From an uncultured delta proteobacterium (GTDB taxonomy: Bacteria > Desulfobacterota > Binatia > UBA9968): 64,000 bases of DNA. Made by a program: the position numbers and the translations under genes. Positions 20,622-29,017 of this stretch are shown here, in pieces. The stretch's first letter is position 1, and each line of letters begins with the position of its first letter. Below the pieces are notes generated by a model. The model did no database searches and was not told the DNA's origin. It saw nothing but the letters and a program-made list of their open reading frames with translations. The stretch is from contig CAVYTU010000014.1 of assembly GCA_963771465.1 (NCBI GenBank), forward strand, positions 992,001 through 1,056,000. The letters are read 5' to 3'.

Positions 20622-21452
20622 TTAGGATTGACTAACGTAGTGGTCGAGATAGTGCTTGGCGATCTCACCTTTGGTGGCGAACCAAACTTCCGGAAAGCCC
20701 TTGGCGTAGCGGATACATTGTTCAAACACGCCGATGATGTTGGGTCGGCCGCCGATATGGGCGTGGACCAGACAATCGATGAGCTTGGGCGCGCCGGCTT
20801 GGCCTTCGGCGTAAAGACAATCGAAAGCCGCCTTGAAGCTTTCGAAGTAAACCGTCGGCGGATTTTTGTGCGTAAACAGCAGGCTCAAATCATTGGCATA
20901 GTCGAGCCGCGGCATGATGACCAGCGGCTTGCTATTGACTATGCGATGCTGCGGGATATCGGGGCCGGGCAAATCGCCAGTCCAGAAAATTCCTTCGTCA
21001 ACGAAATTCCTCAATGTGTAGTCGTTGATTCTATGCCCTGGGCTGACCCAACCGACCGGCCGCTTGCCGGTTACCGCTGCCAGGCTGTCGAGAGTTCGCC
21101 GGATGAGTGCTCGCTCCGAGTCGGCATCCAATGCAGATAGAGCCGTGTCATTGACCCAACCGTGACCGACGATTTCGTGTCCGCCCGCGTGAAGTTCTTT
21201 CAGCGCGTCGGGAAAGTCCTCGGCGATACGGCCGTTGGTGTCGATGGTGCCCTTGACGCGGTTGCGCGCCAAGACATCCATGATGCGCCAGATGCCGGCT
21301 TTACCGCCGTATTCACCGTATGCGAGCGATGCGTAGTCGGGTTTATCGCCGCCTTGACGGTATTGCGAATACTTTTCAAAGGCTTCAAACGCGACAAAAA
21401 AGCTGACGGCGATCTTGGCATCATTCGGCCATCGGATTGACGCAGGTCTCAT
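20622..21452 (-). CDS. Polysaccharide deacetylase (CE4), PuuE/allantoinase-like
   Basis: WPNDAKIAVS, EYGGKAGIWR, HEIVGHG, GWVSPG, HAHIGGRP. Confidence 0.85.
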   Translation of the reverse strand: MRPASIRWPNDAKIAVSFFVAFEAFEKYSQYRQGGDKPDYASLAYGEYGGKAGIWRIMDVLARNRVKGTIDTNGRIAEDFPDALKELHAGGHEIVGHGWVNDTALSALDADSERALIRRTLDSLAAVTGKRPVGWVSPGHRINDYTLRNFVDEGIFWTGDLPGPDIPQHRIVNSKPLVIMPRLDYANDLSLLFTHKNPPTVYFESFKAAFDCLYAEGQAGAPKLIDCLVHAHIGGRPNIIGVFEQCIRYAKGFPEVWFATKGEIAKHYLDHYVSQS

Positions 21453-21549
21453 GATTTTATCTCCTTAGGATTTTCGCCGCGCCGGGTCGTCATGCGGCCG
21501 AAGGTTGTGATGCCTTCTTCTTTGTACCTCGATCGGCGAATCGAACTGG

Positions 21550-21579
21550 ATACTATCAATGCGGAATCGAAAGGGTCAA
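21550..21579 (-). promoter_or_regulatory. Sigma70-type promoter heading the minus-strand catabolic run
   Basis: TTGACC-N18-TAGTAT with a TG extension. Confidence 0.5.
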
Positions 21580-21591
21580 CCTAAGAGCGTG

Positions 21592-21625
21592 AAAATAAAA
21601 AAGGGCTGTCCCGTGACATCCCTTT
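21592..21625 (-). terminator. Intrinsic terminator after the nuoF-like gene
   Basis: Minus strand AAAGGGATGTC-ACGG-GACAGCCCTTT followed by TTTATTTT. Confidence 0.75.
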
Positions 21626-21649
21626 GGAATCGATCGGCCTTTTGCCGAT

Positions 21650-22909
21650 TCAATTGACCGGACATTTGCCAGTCGTGAGATGGGCTTCGAAATCGGCTGG
21701 GAAGAGTTTGAGCGCGCTTTCGATTGGCGGACCGGGCATGGCGATCAAATTGCAAAAACCTTTACCTTTATTAAACGCGAGAATCTTGCCGAACTGTTCG
21801 AGGATCGGCTGTCCGCCCTGGCCTGATTGGACCTTTTTCATCATCATCGACAGCGCATTGGTTTCCATGCGGCAAGCCGGACACTGGCCGCAGGATTCCG
21901 CGGTGAAAAAGTCGGCGATGCGGAGAACTTCTTCGACAATGCACGTTCCTTGGCTGATGAGTTTGACGACGCCGCAGCCTAAAGCGGAACCTGCGTCGCG
22001 CATGGAGTTATGATCGAGTGGCGTGTCGATTTTATCCGGCGGCAAAAACGCCGACGACGGCGCGGCTGGCATAATCGCTTTGAGCGGCTTGCCGCTCTTA
22101 AGTCCGCCGCCGCATTCTTCGATTAAATACCGCAGCGGCGTGCCGAACGGCAGTTCGTAAACGCCCGGACGATTGACGTCGTCGTCGAGGGAAAAAATCA
22201 TCGTGCCGGGACTCTCAATCGTGCCGAATTGCCGGTACCACTCGGCGCCTTTGAGCAAGATCGGCGCGACGTTGGCAAGGGTTTCGACATTATTTACCGA
22301 GGTCGGTTTGCCAAACAGGCCGACCGTCACGGGGAACGGCGGTTTTTGCCGTGGCCACGGCTTGCGACCCTCAATCACTTCCAGCACCGCGGTGTCTTCA
22401 CCGGCGACATAATTATGCGGCGCAGAAATGATTTCTATATCGAGATTAAAATCGCTGCCGAGAACTTTTTCTCCCCAGTAAGCTGCGGCTTTTGCTTCAG
22501 CGAGCGCATCGGTAATGCTTTTGATGGCGACGTCGTATCTTGCGTTAATGTAAAGGTAAGCTTTATTTGCGCCGATGGCGTAGGCCGAAAGAATCGTGCC
22601 TTCAACTACTAAGTGCGGTAAGTTCTCTAGCAGCACGCGGTCTTTCTTGCTGCCGGGTTCGTCCTCGCCGCCATTCAAGACAAGATAGCGCGGCGTTTCC
22701 GCCGCTTCCCGGGTAAATTGCCATTTTTTTCCGGTTGGGAATCCCGCGCCGCCGCGGCCGCGCAGGCCGGCATCCGAGACGATTTTTACAATTTCTTCGG
22801 GCGCGCCTTTAATCGCTTTGGCGAGCGCATCGTAACCGCCGCGGGCGCGGTATTCCTTCAATCCCTCGTGCCCTTCAGGAACCGCGTGGGGGAAAAGGAT
22901 CCCTTCCAT
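21650..22909 (-). CDS. Stand-alone NuoF/HoxF-like FMN, [4Fe-4S] flavoprotein (NAD(P)H oxidoreductase)
   Basis: GLRGRGGAGFPTGKKW, EPG..KDR, GE.TA, NNVETLAN, SLBB-like VYELPFG, ESCGQCPAC...C. Confidence 0.9.
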   Translation of the reverse strand: MEGILFPHAVPEGHEGLKEYRARGGYDALAKAIKGAPEEIVKIVSDAGLRGRGGAGFPTGKKWQFTREAAETPRYLVLNGGEDEPGSKKDRVLLENLPHLVVEGTILSAYAIGANKAYLYINARYDVAIKSITDALAEAKAAAYWGEKVLGSDFNLDIEIISAPHNYVAGEDTAVLEVIEGRKPWPRQKPPFPVTVGLFGKPTSVNNVETLANVAPILLKGAEWYRQFGTIESPGTMIFSLDDDVNRPGVYELPFGTPLRYLIEECGGGLKSGKPLKAIMPAAPSSAFLPPDKIDTPLDHNSMRDAGSALGCGVVKLISQGTCIVEEVLRIADFFTAESCGQCPACRMETNALSMMMKKVQSGQGGQPILEQFGKILAFNKGKGFCNLIAMPGPPIESALKLFPADFEAHLTTGKCPVN

Positions 22910-22912
22910 GAA

Positions 22913-23236
22913 TTAGAAAACCCCCGTGTCGAGCAGTTGGTAGATCAGCTCCTTGAGCGATGAATCGATGGTGTCCAAACGTTTGACATGGGGTCCGCCG
23001 GCGAGGTGTTCGACGATCTCGTCGAGATCTTCCGGCTTCACGTGAGCGTACCAGTTCTTTTCCGGGTAGATCACGATGTTGGGGCCTTCCTGGCAGGCGC
23101 CGAAGCACATGTAGGATTTCACTTCGACATCGGTCAGCCCTTTGGCGGCAAGTTTTTCTTGCAGCGCCGCCATCAACGGCTCCGACCCACGCGCTTTACA
23201 ATCGATGTTCTGACATACGAGACAAGCTTGGCTCAC
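22913..23236 (-). CDS. Thioredoxin-like [2Fe-2S] ferredoxin (NuoE C-terminal domain-like)
   Basis: VCQNIDC..RGS ... CFGACQEGP..VIYP..WY. Confidence 0.88.
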   Translation of the reverse strand: MSQACLVCQNIDCKARGSEPLMAALQEKLAAKGLTDVEVKSYMCFGACQEGPNIVIYPEKNWYAHVKPEDLDEIVEHLAGGPHVKRLDTIDSSLKELIYQLLDTGVF

Positions 23237-23297
23237 GGTTTCTCCTTAAACGCTACATATTAGTCTCCATACTATATGCAACATATCTGCGCCGAGC

Positions 23298-24404
23298 TCA
23301 ATTCACCTGCATTTGAGACACCCAGTCTTTGCCTTTGATGATGTCGGCTAAAATCTGTTCGTCTTCGGGCGTCGGCAACGCTTCGAGCAAGTGTTGCTTG
23401 TAAGCCTCCGGCGACAGTGGCTCGCCGGTAACGCTGTGGTTCTTGCCGATATGCTCGCCGATGGAGCGGTTGAACTTCAAGTCGGGCGCTTTGAGTTTGG
23501 CTTGCCCTTCTGGAATGAGTTGGTTGAGCTGATCGATTAGTTTCTGCGATTCGGCCATGTAATGTTCACGAGCGAGATCATTGAGTCTTTCTTTCTGAGC
23601 TGGAACCTTGGCGTCATGTTCGTCATAGCGTCCCTTCAAACCCCAGGTGTAGGCCCAGTGGGCCGAGGAGGAATGATCGGTGCCAAACAGATCATAGGCG
23701 GTCGAAAGCCATTTATTAAAATACTTCTGCACGATTGGAATAGGAATCTTGCCGGCTCGCATGATCCGCGTCAGTCCGGTGTGACCGGTGAACATATGGA
23801 AAAATTCTTCCTTGAGCATCGCCGTCACGCTTTCAGCAAGCGGCGCAAACGCCGAGTGCGAGAGCATCGTTAGCTGGTATTTGCCGTCGCGGTCGACGAA
23901 CTCTGTATAGGTGAAAAAGTCGAGCCAGTTATTCACAGGTGCATTGAATGAGCCGAGCAAGCGGTCGCCGCGGAAAGCGCGGCGCTCTAACATTTTGCGC
24001 GCCTCGAGTTTTCCCGAATCGCCAAAATAATTCACCAGCAGATAACACATCTGCCAGCCGTGGCGCATTTCTTCGCTATTGACCCGGATCAACGCCTGGC
24101 GGTCATATTCCGTCGGCGCGGTGTCGAGCAGGTTTTTCTGCTGTTCGACTGACGCGAATTCCGTATCGCCTTGATAGACGATCAGGTTCATCAACGCATC
24201 GCGGATGGACTGATTGGGGATTTGGCTGACCCGTTGCCACTTTTGTTGCCCGGTGAAATCGCCGAACTCGATTTCCGGCGCATGAATCTCACCGAGTTTG
24301 GTCTCGAATTGGTAGTCGCCCAACAGAGTGGGATCGTAGCCGATATCTTTTTGCCACTGGCGGAAATAATCAACCCAGTCATCAAAAGTAGAAATCTTGA
24401 TCAT
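23298..24404 (-). CDS. BoxB/PaaA-like diiron (aryl-CoA epoxidase-like) protein, 368 aa
   Basis: QGDTEFASVEQQ, EEMRH, DRDGKYQL, EEFFH, DLFG, GLKGR; these follow the BoxB ligand pattern E, ExxH, D, ExxH. Confidence 0.82.
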   Translation of the reverse strand: MIKISTFDDWVDYFRQWQKDIGYDPTLLGDYQFETKLGEIHAPEIEFGDFTGQQKWQRVSQIPNQSIRDALMNLIVYQGDTEFASVEQQKNLLDTAPTEYDRQALIRVNSEEMRHGWQMCYLLVNYFGDSGKLEARKMLERRAFRGDRLLGSFNAPVNNWLDFFTYTEFVDRDGKYQLTMLSHSAFAPLAESVTAMLKEEFFHMFTGHTGLTRIMRAGKIPIPIVQKYFNKWLSTAYDLFGTDHSSSAHWAYTWGLKGRYDEHDAKVPAQKERLNDLAREHYMAESQKLIDQLNQLIPEGQAKLKAPDLKFNRSIGEHIGKNHSVTGEPLSPEAYKQHLLEALPTPEDEQILADIIKGKDWVSQMQVN

Positions 24405-24421
24405 AAGAAACCCTTTCGCTA

Positions 24422-24443
24422 AATTCGAACGATCGTTCGAATT
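24422..24443. promoter_or_regulatory. Perfect 22-bp palindromic operator, likely bound by a TetR/PaaR-type repressor
   Basis: AATTCGAACGATCGTTCGAATT lies immediately downstream of the -10 box of the boxB-like gene. Confidence 0.7.
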
Positions 24444-24444
24444 A

Positions 24445-24473
24445 TTTATAACCTTTTGGATTTCCGAAATCAA
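24445..24473 (-). promoter_or_regulatory. Sigma70-type promoter of the boxB-like operon
   Basis: TTGATT-N17-TATAAA on the minus strand. Confidence 0.6.
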
Positions 24474-24533
24474 GGCCCTGGCAAAGGGGCAGGAGCATGA
24501 CGGGGCGATAGGTTTCCTCGTCGGTTTTGCGGA

Positions 24534-26933
24534 TCAGCGATACATCTCCAAGATCTCGACCATGCCGAGTTGGCGAATCTGGTCGAACAGGTAGCGCTTA
24601 ATTTCGCCCACAGTGTCCATCTCGAGAACAATCCGCGCGGCGGTTTTAGCGGCCTGGTAACTGGTCGAGCGCAACGCCTTTTTGATCACCGGGATATAAA
24701 GCGAGCCCATGCTGAACTCTTCCAGTCCCATGCCCAAAAGCACCAGCGCGCAAAGGGGATCGGCGGCCATTTCACCGCACATGCCAACGCGTTTTCCTTC
24801 TCTCCTACCGGCTTCGATGGTGGAGTTCAACGCCGATAAAACCGCCGGATGAAGGGGTTCGTATAGACTGGCCACTTTGCGATTGCTGCGGTCGACCGCC
24901 AGTAAATATTGGATCAGGTCATTGGTCCCGATGCTGAGAAAGTCAACTTCGCGCAAAAAACGATCGGCCAATTGAACCGCCGAGGGAACTTCTACCATGA
25001 TCCCCAATTCCATTTGCCGGTCGAAAGGCGTGCCATCGCGAGTCAGCTCGTATTTAGCTTCACCGAGCAGCTCTTTTACCTTTTGAATTTCCTCGAGGCT
25101 GGAAATCATCGGCACGAGCATTCTGACTCGGCCTAAATCGCCGACCCGGAGAATCGCCCGCAACTGGGTTTTGAAAATCTCTTCGACCTCAAGGGAAATT
25201 CGAATGGAACGCCAGCCCAAGAAGGGGTTTGGCTCGGTGGCCACGCTGCGCATGTAGGTCGGATACTTGTCCGCACCGATATCCAGAGTGCGGATCGTCA
25301 CGGGTTTTTCGCCCATACCCTCAACAACGCGTTTGTACAGTGCGTACTGTTCCTCTTCGCTGGGAAAGTCGCGATGGGATAGGAACGGAATCTCGGTTCG
25401 GTAAAGGCCAATTCCCTGCGCTCCATGCAGATTGGCGAAGGCAACATCGCCTAACAGGCCGATATTGGCGTAGAGCGAAACGCGGTGGCCATCGGTGGTT
25501 TCCGCCGGCAAGTCTTTGAGCGCGCCCAACTCGCGGTTCAGGTCGGCATAATCGTGTTCTAACCGATCGTACTCGCGAATGACTTCGGGATTCGGATTCA
25601 CATGCACGCCGCCCGAATTGCCGTCGACGATCAACAGATCGCCTTGATGGACATTTTCCATCAAGCCTTCGACGGCGACCACGCTGGGAATTTCAAACGA
25701 TTTTGCCAGGATCGACGCATGCGAGGTCACGCCGCCGGTGGATAATACGATGCCTTTGAATTTGTCGCCTTCGAGCATGCTCAAATCCGCCGGCGATAGA
25801 TCCTGAGCGACCAAAACGGCGTCGTCGGGAATATCGTATTGCTGGTCGACGCCACCGGAAAGGTTTTCCAACAATCGCTGCGCGGCGTCTTTGACGTCGG
25901 TGCTGCGTTCGCGCAGATAGGGATCGTCGATCTTTGCAATCGAAGCCAAATAGCGTTCGAAGACGGCGCGCACCGCATACTCGGCGATAAAGCCTTCGCG
26001 CAAGATCTGGTGCTCGATCTGCTGAATGATCTTGGGGTCTTCAAGGATCAAACGGTAGACGTCGAAGATCGCTCCTTCCTCAGCGGAAATCATATGGCTC
26101 ATACGGTTTTTGACGACGGCGATTTGATCGATGCCGCGCTCTACCGCGCCGCGAAAGCGCTCTATTTCATGGCGCGGCTTGCGCGATTTTTTCTTTCGTA
26201 TCGCACTCAAGTCCATGCGCGGTTCGAGCACGAACGCCTTGCCGCGGCCAAAACCCGGCGATGCCGCCAGTCCGTCGAGCCGTCCATGCCAGTGTTGTTT
26301 GGTTTTTGCCGTGCGCCCGCGCCGACTGCCTTCGTAGGAACGCAGCTTGCGCATCGCTTGATTCATGCGTTTCTGAAACTCTTTTTGCTCCTCCTCTTTG
26401 TTTTTGAGCGTTTCGGCGAGGCGCGCTTGCACGATGATGCTCGCTGCCTGCGTCGAGATTGTCGTCAGCAGACGAATCTCATCGCGGGAAAATTCCCGCC
26501 GCCGGGAAGTTTGCACGACCAAAACTCCGAGGGGTTGTTTCTTTTCGATCAGTGGCACGCCGAGGAAAGAATGGAAATGCTCTTCGTGGGTTTCCGGAAA
26601 ATATTTGTATCGTGGATGTTTGAGCGCGTCGAGGACCATGACGGGTTTCATTCGTTCGAGCACCATACCCGTGAGCCCTTCGCCGGTCGCCATCGTGACT
26701 TTGCCGACAGACTCCGGATCGAGGCCCTTCGTGGCGCACAAAGTCAGGCGGTTTTTCTTTTGATCGAAGATGTAAAGCGAGCAAACTTCGGTCTCCATCC
26801 GTTCGGACACCGTGGCGACGATATTGTCGAGGGTCTCCTGCAAATCATGCGAATGGCTGATCAGCGTGCTGATGTCGGCCAGGATGCCGAGATGGGGATG
26901 AGTCGTGCGCGCGATTTTTCTTGTCTTAGCCAT
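24534..26933 (-). CDS. ptsP: GAF-domain phosphoenolpyruvate-protein phosphotransferase (enzyme I-Ntr)
   Basis: N-terminal GAF domain; TSHASILA phospho-His, GLYRTE, IRTLDIGADK, NPFLGWR, SIGTNDL, CGEMA. Confidence 0.93.
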   Translation of the reverse strand: MAKTRKIARTTHPHLGILADISTLISHSHDLQETLDNIVATVSERMETEVCSLYIFDQKKNRLTLCATKGLDPESVGKVTMATGEGLTGMVLERMKPVMVLDALKHPRYKYFPETHEEHFHSFLGVPLIEKKQPLGVLVVQTSRRREFSRDEIRLLTTISTQAASIIVQARLAETLKNKEEEQKEFQKRMNQAMRKLRSYEGSRRGRTAKTKQHWHGRLDGLAASPGFGRGKAFVLEPRMDLSAIRKKKSRKPRHEIERFRGAVERGIDQIAVVKNRMSHMISAEEGAIFDVYRLILEDPKIIQQIEHQILREGFIAEYAVRAVFERYLASIAKIDDPYLRERSTDVKDAAQRLLENLSGGVDQQYDIPDDAVLVAQDLSPADLSMLEGDKFKGIVLSTGGVTSHASILAKSFEIPSVVAVEGLMENVHQGDLLIVDGNSGGVHVNPNPEVIREYDRLEHDYADLNRELGALKDLPAETTDGHRVSLYANIGLLGDVAFANLHGAQGIGLYRTEIPFLSHRDFPSEEEQYALYKRVVEGMGEKPVTIRTLDIGADKYPTYMRSVATEPNPFLGWRSIRISLEVEEIFKTQLRAILRVGDLGRVRMLVPMISSLEEIQKVKELLGEAKYELTRDGTPFDRQMELGIMVEVPSAVQLADRFLREVDFLSIGTNDLIQYLLAVDRSNRKVASLYEPLHPAVLSALNSTIEAGRREGKRVGMCGEMAADPLCALVLLGMGLEEFSMGSLYIPVIKKALRSTSYQAAKTAARIVLEMDTVGEIKRYLFDQIRQLGMVEILEMYR

Positions 26934-27114
26934 GGCTGTCCATCGAATTGAACGCTATCTATAAAACATATATCGCCGTGATTCGCCAGGGAGAACGCGC
27001 AGCGCTGGTTAGCGTACCGTCACGAAATATCGCATTTGCGCGGTGGGACGCCGGCGTTGTAACTGCATGGCCGCGTTGAAGAACAATTGGCCGGCACTAT
27101 GCTATAGTGCGGTT

Positions 27115-27525
27115 ATGAGCCGGATCGCTGGACTAATGGGTATGCGCCACATTGCGCTTAAAGTGCGCGATCTGGCGCGCGCGAAGAAATTCTATCGAGA
27201 GATACTTGGCATGGAGATCGTCTGGGAGCCGGATGCGCAGAACGTTTATCTGTCATCCGGCTGCGACAATATTGCGCTGCATGAAATCACCGAACCTTTC
27301 GTTGCTACGGCGGTCGAGAAACAACTCGATCATTTAGGTTTTGTCGTCGAAACCGTGGAGCGCGTGAAGGAATTGGAAAGCGAATTTATTGCGCGTGGGG
27401 TTACCATCGTCCATCCATTCAAGATTCACCGCGACGGCAGCGCGTCGTTCTATTGCGCCGATCCGGACGGCATCGTCATTCAACTCCTCTACGAACCGAC
27501 GCTAAGCCGGCAAAACATTATCTGA
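27115..27525 (+). CDS. VOC/glyoxalase family protein
   Basis: MRHIALKV.D, DHLGF, FY..DPDG. Confidence 0.85.
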   Translation: MSRIAGLMGMRHIALKVRDLARAKKFYREILGMEIVWEPDAQNVYLSSGCDNIALHEITEPFVATAVEKQLDHLGFVVETVERVKELESEFIARGVTIVHPFKIHRDGSASFYCADPDGIVIQLLYEPTLSRQNII

Positions 27526-27532
27526 GGATCCT

Positions 27533-28897
27533 ATGCTCTACGAATCCGAGCAGGGCAATTTTTCCATGATGTTGCTGGGCGACGTGATGCCGACGCGTCG
27601 ATTGGCGATCTTCGGCGAGGAGCGTTACTTGAAACTGCGCGAACTTTGCAGCGGCGCCGACGCTACTTTCGCCAACCTGGAAACCGCCGTGCATCAATAC
27701 CTCGAAGGGCACCAGAACATCACTGGCGGCACCTACATGACGACGGAGCCGCATCTGCTTGAAGACTTGAAATGGTTGGGGGTCAATTTAGTTTCGACAG
27801 CCAACAATCACGCCTTCGATTACGGCGAAGAAGGCATCATGGCCACTTGCGGTTATTTGGATGCCGCGAGCATCGCTCACGCGGGCACCGGCAGACATTT
27901 GCGCGAGGCGCGCGCCCCAGCCTATCTCGATACCCAACGTGGCCGGGTCGGGTTGATCGGCGTGACGGCGACCATGCCCGGCCATGCCATCGCCGGCGCG
28001 CAGCGGCCGGATACGCCGGGACGATCCGGCGTCAATCCTCTACGCCACAGTTTAACTCACGTCGTCGACCAACGCGGCTTCGATGAACTAGCTCGTTTGG
28101 GCGCGGCGCTGGGTTACGACGCGGCGCGCACGCGGCGCGAGAATTTAGGCGACGCGCGCTCGCGCCTTGGCGCTCAAAGCGCGAGCGAATACAGTTTAGG
28201 CAACATGCGCTTTGAAAAAGGCGACAGCTTCGCGCTACGCACCGTTGGCCATAAGCGCGATGTTGAAGAAAATCTCCAGCAGATCCAAGAAGCGCGGCGC
28301 ATGTCCGATTGGGTGGTGGTCAGTTTGCACTGCCACGAGCTTGGCGGGGACAAATTGTTGACTGCGACACATCGGAGCGAGATCGACGAGTTGGCCGATT
28401 TTGCCGTCGACTTCGCCCATCGAGCGATCGAAGCGGGCGCGGATATTTTTGTCGCGCACGGACCCCAGGAGCCTTTTGGCATCGAGATTTATCGAGGACG
28501 GCCGATTTTTTACAGCTTGGGCACGACGATCTTCGAGCTCGAAACGCCGCGCTTTCTCGCTGAAGAAGCCTATGCGCGCTACGGCCTCGGCGGCGCCGCG
28601 GGTCCGGCCGACTTCGCCGATGTACGTTATCAAAACGATCGTGTTGGCCACCCGGCCGATCCGAACTATTGGAGGCAGATGGTCGGCAAGTGTGAATTCC
28701 AGGAGCGTAAACTGGCGCGGGTTGAGCTCTATCCGTTGGATCTTGGTTTTGGCAAAGCGCGCTGGCAGCGCGGCCGGCCCTTGTTGGCGGATGAAGAACT
28801 CGGACGAGAGATCATCGACAAAGTCGCTAGCCTGTCGCGGCGGCGCGGCACTGAGGTCAAGTGGCAGGACGGGCGCGGCGTGATTCTAGTCGATTGA
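27533..28897 (+). CDS. CapA/PgsA-like metallophosphatase-fold protein
   Basis: GDVM, ANLE, ANNHAFDYG, SLH.HE, AHGP, FYSLG. Confidence 0.88.
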   Translation: MLYESEQGNFSMMLLGDVMPTRRLAIFGEERYLKLRELCSGADATFANLETAVHQYLEGHQNITGGTYMTTEPHLLEDLKWLGVNLVSTANNHAFDYGEEGIMATCGYLDAASIAHAGTGRHLREARAPAYLDTQRGRVGLIGVTATMPGHAIAGAQRPDTPGRSGVNPLRHSLTHVVDQRGFDELARLGAALGYDAARTRRENLGDARSRLGAQSASEYSLGNMRFEKGDSFALRTVGHKRDVEENLQQIQEARRMSDWVVVSLHCHELGGDKLLTATHRSEIDELADFAVDFAHRAIEAGADIFVAHGPQEPFGIEIYRGRPIFYSLGTTIFELETPRFLAEEAYARYGLGGAAGPADFADVRYQNDRVGHPADPNYWRQMVGKCEFQERKLARVELYPLDLGFGKARWQRGRPLLADEELGREIIDKVASLSRRRGTEVKWQDGRGVILVD

Positions 28898-29017
28898 TAC
28901 TTCAAAGTTGCGTTGGCTGACGATCACTCTTTTCCCATCTTTGGATTGAGCATGTCGCTATCGTCAGGCCGATTACGGATCGAACGAAATTCCGGTGGTA
29001 GTGCGGTAGCAGCCAAA

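Noticed and set aside
21650-23236. Respiratory complex I (nuoEF) or a hydrogenase operon
   Set aside because: No other nuo, hox or fds genes flank it, the motifs are divergent, and the ferredoxin lacks the NuoE N-terminal helical domain.
25839-26951. 370-aa plus-strand ORF, and other long antisense ORFs such as 6852..7586, 45892..46626, 59291..60022 and 41381..42220
   Set aside because: These are shadow frames opposite well-supported genes, expected at this GC and codon bias, and they carry no motifs.
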